From the NCBI GenBank assembly GCA_001800135.1, contig MGUU01000010.1, positions 115,696-179,695 of the forward strand: a stretch of 64,000 nucleotides of DNA, written 5' to 3'. The DNA is from Elusimicrobia bacterium RIFCSPLOWO2_02_FULL_39_32. Its GTDB lineage: Bacteria > Elusimicrobiota > Elusimicrobia > 2-02-FULL-39-32. The position numbers and the translations under genes were made by a program. The notes under the pieces were generated by a model that was not told the origin of the DNA, searched no databases, and was given only the letters and a program-made list of their open reading frames with translations. This document shows positions 9,739-18,600 of the stretch, piece after piece (the stretch's first letter is position 1; every line of letters starts with the position of its first letter).

Positions 9739-10209
9739 TTAGGGTACTTTTGTTTGGCTCGGTTCATTTAAACCTAATGCACAATCTCGGTTTAAGCAGA
9801 GTTCTGATTCATGAAACATGATTTTAATTTCTCTTTCCGCAGAAATAGAGGAATCAGAACCATGCACAAGATTTTTTCTATTATCTGTTCCGTAGAGATT
9901 TCTTAAAGATCCAATTTCTGCTTCTTTGGAGTTGGTTGCGCCTATGATTTGGCGGGAACGAAGAATAATATCTTCCCCCTCCCAAACAGTGGCGACAATA
10001 GGACCTGAAAGCATGAAATTTAAAAAATGGTCATAGAAAGTTTTGCCTTTATGTTCCGAGTAAAAATTTTCTAACTTTTCCTGATTTGCTGGAACCATTT
10101 TTATGCCCAGCAGTTGAAATCCCTGGTCTTCAAATCTAGTTAAAATTTGACCTATAACTTTTTTTTCTATGCCGTCTGGTTTAATTAAAATGCAGGTGCG
10201 TTGTTTCAT
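9739..10209 (-). CDS. ndk: Nucleoside diphosphate kinase
   Basis: 156 aa with CILIKPDG, the active-site NLVHGSDS, and GATN...SLR. Confidence 0.9.
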   Translation of the reverse strand: MKQRTCILIKPDGIEKKVIGQILTRFEDQGFQLLGIKMVPANQEKLENFYSEHKGKTFYDHFLNFMLSGPIVATVWEGEDIILRSRQIIGATNSKEAEIGSLRNLYGTDNRKNLVHGSDSSISAEREIKIMFHESELCLNRDCALGLNEPSQTKVP

Positions 10210-10239
10210 TTTTTAATAATATTTAATAAAGAAAGATTA

Positions 10240-11241
10240 TTAGCCGCCGGTTTTTGAATTTTCTGTGGAAGGAAGTTCTGTGGGTTGAAAAGAGGGAATT
10301 TCAGTTTCCATTTGAGTCCCCTCTGATACCCCTAGATTAGTCTGCATTGAGTTATTTCCATAATAAAGAGCTGTGAGGTGTCCTATTTCAGAAATAAAGC
10401 TTTTGGCTCTTCTGATTCTTCGAATGTCTTGTGTAAGCACACAAACAATGTAAGTGCTGCTTGGGGCAAATACAATGCCCACATCGTGGCAGCACTCTCG
10501 CATGAGTCCTGTTTTATGGCCCACAGGCCAATAAGAAGGGATGGAAACAGGGAGCCGGTCATTGATTTTTTGATCTTTTAAAATTTCCAGCATCTCCTCG
10601 CTATTCTTTAATTTTTTGTTATAGATCATTTCCAGAATTAAGCCCATGTCTTTGGGCGTGGTGTAGTTCTCAATTCCCTGATCTCTTTTATTTAAATCCA
10701 TAATCTTTCTGGAAAAATTTGTGTTTTTAAGTCCAAGCTGGGAGAAAGAAGAATTGTAATAGGAGAGCCCTAAAAGATCCGTAAGCATGTTGGTTGCGGT
10801 ATTATCTGAAAGAGTGATCATTTTATTAATCAGAGCCCTTAAGGTATAACGGGTTCCAATTCTTTTAAATTTTAAAGAGCCTGACCCAGAGGTTTTAAAT
10901 TTTTTTTTCAGAGCAAGGGTATCCTCTAAAGAAATTAAACCTTGATCCTCTGCCTGAAAAAGAGTAGCCATGATTGGGATTTTTACCAGACTTGCGCTTG
11001 GAAAAAGTTTTTCAGCTTGAACTTCTATGGTCCAGCCCCGGTTGAGATCTTTAATATAGATACCTACAACTCCCGGGAAATGATCAATTTGATATCTGAT
11101 TTTTCTTTTTAACTCCTCCCAGTGAGGATCTGTAGTTGGAGATTGAGAAAAGGTTAAAGAATTTTTGCCAGTTTCTCCTAAGGCTATAATAAGGAAGAAA
11201 ATAGTAAAGAATCTTTTTAAAGTTTGTCGCGAAATGATCAT
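10240..11241 (-). CDS. Secreted class-A beta-lactamase-like serine hydrolase
   Basis: 333 aa with an N-terminal signal-like hydrophobic segment. SxxK (SLVK), SDN (LSDNTATN) and KTG (HKTG) motifs occur in class-A order and spacing. The C-terminal tail is low-complexity. Confidence 0.6.
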   Translation of the reverse strand: MIISRQTLKRFFTIFFLIIALGETGKNSLTFSQSPTTDPHWEELKRKIRYQIDHFPGVVGIYIKDLNRGWTIEVQAEKLFPSASLVKIPIMATLFQAEDQGLISLEDTLALKKKFKTSGSGSLKFKRIGTRYTLRALINKMITLSDNTATNMLTDLLGLSYYNSSFSQLGLKNTNFSRKIMDLNKRDQGIENYTTPKDMGLILEMIYNKKLKNSEEMLEILKDQKINDRLPVSIPSYWPVGHKTGLMRECCHDVGIVFAPSSTYIVCVLTQDIRRIRRAKSFISEIGHLTALYYGNNSMQTNLGVSEGTQMETEIPSFQPTELPSTENSKTGG

Positions 11242-11296
11242 TTTTATAAAGTTAGCATAATAGAATTGGAATCTATCATCTGTTTTTTTAATTTTT

Positions 11297-12397
11297 TTAT
11301 TTGCTAAGAGCGCTAACTTTGCTTAGGTTCTTCATGGCTTTAATAATAGCTTCCCCCATCTCTTTAGTGCCAACCGCGCTAGGGTCATTGGGAAAAGGTT
11401 TCATGTCATAAGTTACAGAGTCTCCTTTTCTAAAGACTTCTTTAATCGCATCATCTAAATTTTTCGCAGCTTCTGTTTCTTTAAGATATTCCAGCATTAG
11501 TTTTGCGGAAAGGATGCAAGCTGAAGGGTTCACCTTATTCATTCCTTTATATTTTGGGGCAGAGCCATGGATCGCCTCAAAAACAGCGATGGTATCCCCA
11601 AAATTCGCTCCCGGGGCCACGCCTAATCCGCCGACTAAACCAGCGCAGAGATCAGAAATAATATCTCCATAAAGGTTAGGCAATACTAAAACATCATAGA
11701 GTTCTGGTTTTTGCACCAGCTGCATGCACATGTTGTCAATTAACCTTTCTTCATATTCAATTTTTCCCTCATAATTTTTAGCAATCTCTCGGGCCACTTC
11801 AAAGAAAAGACCATCCGTGCATTTCATGATATTGGCTTTTGTGACAGCAGTTACTTTTTTTCTATGATTTTTTACAGCATAATCAAAAGCGAATTTTACA
11901 ATCCGGCTGGTTCCGGTTCTTGAGATTGGTTTTATGGAAATGGCTGAATCTTCCCGGATTTTATTTTTGGAAAGTTTAATCACTTCTTTTGCCTCTGGGG
12001 TATGCATGCTCCATTCTATGCCTGCGTAAAGATCTTCTGTGTTTTCCCGTACAATCACCAAATCAATATTTTGGTATCTGGAACGAACCCCCGGGTAAGA
12101 GATGCAGGGCCTTAAACAAACATAAAGATCCAATTCTTTTCTTAAGGCTACATTTACAGAACGGAAACCTGTTCCAATGGGAGTGGTAATTGGCCCTTTA
12201 ATAGCCACTTTATTTTTTCGAATAGATTCAAGCACGCTCTCTGGCAGGGGTGTGCCAACTTTAGCCATAATATCACAACCAGCTTCCTCAACTTCCCATT
12301 CAATTTGAACGCCTGTGGCGTCCACCACTTTCCTTACAGTTTCCATTATTTCTGGTCCTGTTCCATCTCCTGGAATTAAAGTCACTTTATGAATCAC
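11297..12397 (-). CDS. Isocitrate/homoisocitrate/isopropylmalate dehydrogenase family enzyme (NAD-IDH-like)
   Basis: 366 aa with [12 protein letters not shown] and the family signature [27 protein letters not shown]. Substrate cannot be assigned from sequence by eye. Confidence 0.8.
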   Translation of the reverse strand: MIHKVTLIPGDGTGPEIMETVRKVVDATGVQIEWEVEEAGCDIMAKVGTPLPESVLESIRKNKVAIKGPITTPIGTGFRSVNVALRKELDLYVCLRPCISYPGVRSRYQNIDLVIVRENTEDLYAGIEWSMHTPEAKEVIKLSKNKIREDSAISIKPISRTGTSRIVKFAFDYAVKNHRKKVTAVTKANIMKCTDGLFFEVAREIAKNYEGKIEYEERLIDNMCMQLVQKPELYDVLVLPNLYGDIISDLCAGLVGGLGVAPGANFGDTIAVFEAIHGSAPKYKGMNKVNPSACILSAKLMLEYLKETEAAKNLDDAIKEVFRKGDSVTYDMKPFPNDPSAVGTKEMGEAIIKAMKNLSKVSALSK

Positions 12398-12499
12398 TTT
12401 TTTTCTCCTTCAACCCGCAACCGTGTTAGAAAATATATTCGGATTCAATGCAAATTTATTGAATAGAAAATCGTACAATTTTTGATTTCATTTTTCAAC

Positions 12500-12527
12500 T
12501 TGACTAAAATGTTTTTGTGGGTATATT
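12500..12527 (+). promoter_or_regulatory. Candidate sigma70 promoter for the giant ORF (TTGACT-16 nt-TATATT)
   Basis: The -35 TTGACT is at 12500..12505 and the -10 TATATT at 12522..12527. A second perfect TATAAT sits at 12541..12546. This is the only sizeable intergenic region (12398..12668) upstream of the ORF. Pattern match only. Confidence 0.35.
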
Positions 12528-12668
12528 TCAGTACGCGTACTATAATTTTAAAAGTGGGGTCAAAAATGTTACAAAAATGTTGCAGTTTGTTTAAGAATAG
12601 TTTTATGAGACTTGTTATACTCATGCTTGTGTATGTTAAATTTTAATGAAATTTTGGAGGTGATTTAA

Positions 12669-15600
12669 ATGATTCAGTTTTGGGTTGGACAAAAAAATAG
12701 GAGCTGGTTGAAATTCACTGGAGGTTTGGTGGCGACCAGTTTTTTCTTTACCACAGTCAGCGCGCCATTTGCTTCCGCAAATTTATGGAATGAACGGCGC
12801 AAAGCAGTAGAAGACTTAAAAAAAGAGCCTATGGAAGTTGCTTCTGCTACAGGTCTCCCTTCTTATGAAACAATGGTTGGAAACAGCATCGCCCTGCCTT
12901 CTCCTGAAACTTTGGTAAGTCATGGAGCGATGCAAGAGCTATTAAATAAGGTAAGAGGCGGGAAAATTCAGCATCAACCTAAGATTCATTTAGATCTTCC
13001 TCAAGAATTTGTGAGCCATGTTGAGACTTATGGAGAAGTTGAGCGGCTCTATCTTGCTAATTCTCAAACTTTAAAGTTTTCCAATTTTCTGAACTCATCT
13101 ATTCTGCAACTTACGAATCCCCATTCAACGACCCCTAACTCTAATTCTTTAGTTATCCTTATTCAGGATGCTCATGGAATTTATGGAGTGCAAAAGAATA
13201 TATCAGAGCTGATAAAAGGGTTTAACAATTTTGGAGTAAGGTTGGTAGGTGTAGAGGGCGCTTCCGGAGAGATGACTGGGATTTATCAATGGAGAAATTA
13301 TCCGGATAAAGCGAGTTTAATGAAGGTGGCAAACTATTTATTGGAAAAAGGGCTGTTAAGTGGTGTGGAAGTTGCAGGTTTAGACGGTTCTCCAATCCCC
13401 TCAAATCGTCTGAAGGATGGCAAATTGTGTGAAAATAAAATTCATGACAGATGCCTTAAGAATCATCTTGTATCTGGCGGCGTAGAATTTTATGGAGTGG
13501 AAGAGAAAGAGAACTATTTGGAACAGGTCAAAAGTTTTACAGATACAATCTCTGGGAACAGAGAGGTGACTAGCTGGCTTGAGAAGACTAAAACCGCGAT
13601 TGAGGTTTCTAAAGAGAAAATCTATAGTCCTGAACTTAAAGAGTTAGATAAGAGCAGGGATTTATATGAAAAAGGGGAGTTAAAACTTGGAGAATGGGTT
13701 CAAGGCTTATCTAAGAGAGATTCAAAGATTTTAACTTTTAATTTAAGCAAATATGCAAAGGCTTATGAATTAGAAAGAACAATTAATTTTAAGGAAGTTA
13801 GCGCTGAGCAAAAGAAAATATTGGAGCAGCTCTCACAAAAATTAACTCGGAATCAGTTAGTAGAATTGCTTGAGGAAAGTTTAGCTTATCGTTTAGGAAA
13901 AATCAGCTATGTTGAATTTTATGCTGCGCTTAAAGATCGTTGTGAGAAAGCAAAACTTAAGTTCACTCCAGAATTAGATAAATATATGAAATATGTGGTG
14001 ATTGTAGATGGAATTGATCGGGAGAAACTTTTTGAGGAAGTAAAAAGATTAGAAAATCGAGCAGTACAGGAACTGTTAAAAGGAGCTTCTGCCAATATTA
14101 AATCTTTGGTTCAGATGGATCAGGATTATAGGCTCTTAACTAAAGCGCTTGATTTTAAATTAAGTCCTGAGGAGTGGAGAGAGTTTAATCAAAGAAAAGA
14201 GGAAATAGAGAAAATTGGGATTCAAGTTTTGAATCCTCAAACTCAGCCGGTTCAGGAAGCATTAAAGAATGTCACTCGATTCAATGAATTGTCCCATGAG
14301 AGAAATCATATCTTTGTTGAAAAATTAATTTCTAAATTGGAGGTTAGAAATCTAAATTCTAATAGAGAAGATTTGAATACAGGGTCACGCATTTCAGTGT
14401 TAGTTGCTGGAGGTTATCACACCCGTGGGTTAGAAGAACTATTAAGGAAAAAGGAGATTTCCTACATTGTGATTCGTCCCAATATGGAAAGCTCTGACCT
14501 TAAAGAGGATTATCATCCTTTAAATGCATTTAAAAGAGATGCGCTTCCTTTAGAGAAAATGTTTTATCCAGAGAAGCTCACCATTAATCCCCCCCAAGCC
14601 TTAGAGGGAGCAGTTAAACTTAACCGAGATGATAAACTTGCCAGCATTGTTGGTAGAACTTTTAAGATACTCGCACCAGCTGAAAGCTTATTCAATGGAA
14701 TTAAAGAAAAAATTGCAGAAGCTGCGAATGTTCAGATCAAGGAAGAAGAGTCAGAACAAGGTGTTACTATTGTTAATGTCCGAGATGGCGAAAGGAGCTA
14801 TCGTATTTATAAGACATTGGCTAAGAACAATGAGGTGCTCCAGGAAATATTGAGGAAAGATAAAAATAAAATTAAAGAGACAGAATCAGTTGATTTTAAA
14901 GATGGTTCAAAAAGAGTCCTTGCGCTTGAAAAACCGAGCTTTTTAGCGCAGGTGAAACCTTTTTCTATTCCACCTAAAATTAAGAGTAAAGTACGAAAGG
15001 GATTGATGGTTGTTTATACGCTTCTTGCCACTGCCTGCGGCAATGCTTTTAATATCAATATGAATGCGCCGTTGGTAGATGTTAAAGCAGAGGCGAATGT
15101 AAAGATAGAGAATAATGTGGATATTAATATTAACAATGGTGTTCTCAAAGGAAAAAATGAGTGGGAAATTAAAAGTTCAGATGGAAGGTTTACTGCCAGA
15201 TTTGTGAAAGATATATCTAGCCGATTAATGTATGGACAAGGTGAACTGATAATAACAGATCATGTAACTGGCAGAAAAAAGAAAACAACAATTAGAGGGA
15301 GCATAGAAAATCCTCAGTTTGTTGGCAGGAGACTAGTACTTTTAGTAAAGGATGAACCTTTTGAAAAAGATAAGAATGATGGATTTGGCCCTAGCGTATT
15401 TATTAAAACCTATGCTGCTATGGAAGGTGACGAAGAATATATTATTACTTATGAGAAAAAGAGATATAAAAATATTAAAAATTATGAATTTAGTTCTGAT
15501 CAAGAATATGTTGTGATTCATGAGGATGATCAAGGGAGATCATCCTTACATGTACGCAGGCTTAGAGATGGTATGTATATGGGTGGTTCCAACATCTTTT

Positions 15601-18600
15601 TTAACAATCAGCCCTTATTAAATGCAATGCCCATGGTATTAGAAAAAAAAGAGGATGGAGATTATGTCATTATTCGCAATCAGCAGGGGCAAAGCACAAT
15701 CTATAAATTGAATAAAAATGGCGGTTACATATTAGTAACTAACGTAGAAACACTTTCTCAGCTTCAAGCAGGAGAGATAGATATTGTGACTGGCAAAGCT
15801 CTAAGTGCAATAGAAACAAATACTATATCTTTACCGTTGGTTGGAAGAGATAATATGGGAATTACTGCCACAAAAAGACGCGGGGTAGCGATTTTTTATG
15901 ATAAAGACGAAAAGGGGAATCCCATTACTATTGTCAAATATTCGCCTGAAACACATGTAGAGCGTGAGTTTATTGCAAGCGGGGTATGGCACAGGGTTGG
16001 CGGGGAGAAAGGCATTATAATCAATAAGCCATACTATTTTTCAGTAGATGGGGATAAAGACCAGGAGATTATTTTGGAAATTAAGGATGATAAACTTAGG
16101 GGTCATGGATTCTCTCTTAGAAAATTAGAAAAGGGTAAATGGAGAACAGGAATTCTCTCCCCAGATTTACGCCTAGCTGACACTACTTTAGGTCAGATGA
16201 GGGTTAGAGAAATCAACATTTATGCTAATAATCCTCAAGCTGAAGGCACATTCCGTGTGCGCGGTTTTGGCGATTATTCCAAACTTTTTACTGATCCAAC
16301 CAACATGTTTACTGAAAATGCTAACCATACGCTTTCCTTAAGCGACCGTGTGATCACTGGAGCGCGTGATTTCTTTCTTGGGTTTGTAGGGATTCCTACA
16401 GAAGCTAAAGAGAAAGGGGCTCCTGTATATGTAAAGCAATCTCCAAGGCCAAGAGCAGATTATTCTGTGACTGGGGATAGGTATATATCTGAAATGATGC
16501 GAGGAGAAGTAGTAGTCATGGGAAAGCAGAAAATTGATCCAGACGTTTTCCCTAGAACTAGAGATAATTCATTATTATTTTTCTTAATTCTTTTGTCGCC
16601 TGCAATAATACTAATAATATTAGCTTATATGAGGCATAAAGATATTGAAGCTAGAAGTGAAGATTCTCCCGCAGCTATTCTTTCTAAAAAAATTGCAAAA
16701 TACCAATTTGATAAACTTATCGCTGCTCCATGGATAGAATCTGCTTTATTTCAATTTATTCCTCTAACGATTGCAGTTATATTTTTTGGATTAGAGTTTG
16801 GAACCATTGGTTTTTCGATTGTAGCGTCGATGGGAGTTGCTGTTAACGCTACGTTTTTTTCGATTCACAATGGGATTCCTCGTCACATTAGTATGCTTAT
16901 AGAAGGTATCTTGGTACTTCCCATTAGAGGAGCCATTTTTGTTTTTTCATTTGCTCTTGCTCTGCCAATGGTTTCTTCTCTTTATTCCGCACCCTTTTCT
17001 TTATTCATGTCTCTCACATTCGCTTATCTTATAGAGGCATTCAGTATTTCAGTCTATAATCTACTTGTTTTATCTTTATCGGATCAGTCTATAGGTAGAG
17101 AACTAACTAAAAGTGATTCTGGCAAAAGTCATGATTTGCATGATAATCCGGAAACAAAGGATGAATCTGGTCAGGCGAAAGTGGAGTTTGGAGTAATCCT
17201 TGCTGGCATTGCTTTAGGCTTAGTGCTCTTGTTGACAATGTGTGCTCTTCCTATGCATGCTCAGGCAGCAGTTTTACTTTCACCAGATGCAACATCATCT
17301 CTAGCTACCTCTAAATTGAATGTAACTGGGATGATCGTGACTGGGATACTATTGATGGTAGGTCTGTGGGGTGTAAGTAAATTAAGTAAAAATCAATCCA
17401 CATTTAGTTTTGAGGATGATTGGAATGGTTGGAATGATGTGCTAGCAAGGGCAGATGCAGTAAAAAAAGACGAACAGCCTGCATCCAATCCTTTAATAGA
17501 TATTTTAAAAGATGAAGGTGGACAAGCGAAAGTGGATTTTGGAGTAATCCTTGGTGTCATGGCTTTATGCGCAGTGATCTTTTTGTCAATGTGTTCCCCT
17601 TCTTATGGGGCTGTTTTACTTTCACCAAATGCAACAGCCTCTGTAACAACTTCTGCAGCTACCTCTTCCTCTATATTGGATGGTTCTATATTAGGATGGA
17701 TCGCCCATGGAATAAATTCTGGAGGTCTTGGATCTATTGTGATTATAGGGTTTGTAGCTGCACTGGCACTCTTTTTAGCTTGGAAGTATGACAGTTTGCC
17801 ATTTGAAGGTAGAAATATTTCTGATGATTGGAAAGTGCCAGGAGGAAGACTCTTCTCCTTTTATGCTCCTTTGGCTGGGGTTGTACTTTTGTTCAACACA
17901 GCCTGCGCCGCGATCGGGTTGCCAAATTTAATTCCTGCTACAACGCCAACTCCTGCTGTAACTGCAAGCGCTGTGGTATCACCTACTCCTGCGACGACTC
18001 CTCAACCTACAGAGACACCAGCTGCTGTTATAACAACTCCTCAACCATCGCAAACTCCTCAAAACATCGCTACTGATTCTATAGTGGTAGAGTATGCCGG
18101 TAATTATCCTCACAAGTATCCTCTTTTTGAGCAGAATCCAAATAATCCTGTTACTCATGTTAGACAGAATTTATTAGCCAGCGCAGAGAATGAGCATTTA
18201 AGAGCTGATGCCATAGGTTTTAGTTATTATGGCCCACATATATCAGGTGGACCTGGTTTTAAACTTATTTTAACAGAGCCTGGGACTATGAAATATAAAC
18301 ATTCTTTTTGGGTTGATTACACAAGGGGATATCCTTTAAAAGTTCATATAAGTCCAAATGGCAAAACTGTTGGTGTGCAGTTTAATACATATAATCGGAT
18401 CAAGGGTGTAGAGACTCACTATTACGAACTTTTTGATTTAAATGGGAATAGGATTTTACAGTTTCCTGTTCAGGATAAAAATTATCGTTATGATCGTCAG
18501 GTGAATGCTGCGATTAAAGATGTAGTAATAGATGATACTAATATTTTATTTACTTACCAGGTGGTCAGGGTAGGGATGGATAATGGATATGACAGAGGAT

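Noticed and set aside
15006-15038. Internal translation start at Met780 that would produce an independent lipoprotein.
   Set aside because: The AAGGGA upstream is only 3 nt from the ATG. Starting there would also remove the basic n-region needed for a signal peptide. There is no evidence for a separate gene.
16724-17080. Possible CPBP/CAAX-type intramembrane protease domain in the polytopic block of the giant protein. APWIESALFQ resembles the EExxxR motif, and FFSIH matches FxxxH.
   Set aside because: Only about 1.5 of the 3 diagnostic motifs are present. The second Glu and the Arg of motif 1 are replaced, and I could not find an HxxxN/D third motif. This is too weak to call without a profile search.
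17567-18076. Alternative-frame ORFs (74 and 82 aa) inside the giant gene, plus minus-strand ORFs at 13222..13404, 15342..15533 and 19109..19393.
   Set aside because: They are nested in the continuous 7.76-kb frame that carries all the recognisable protein features. The Cys-rich translations are out-of-frame readings of the TM and Pro/Thr regions.
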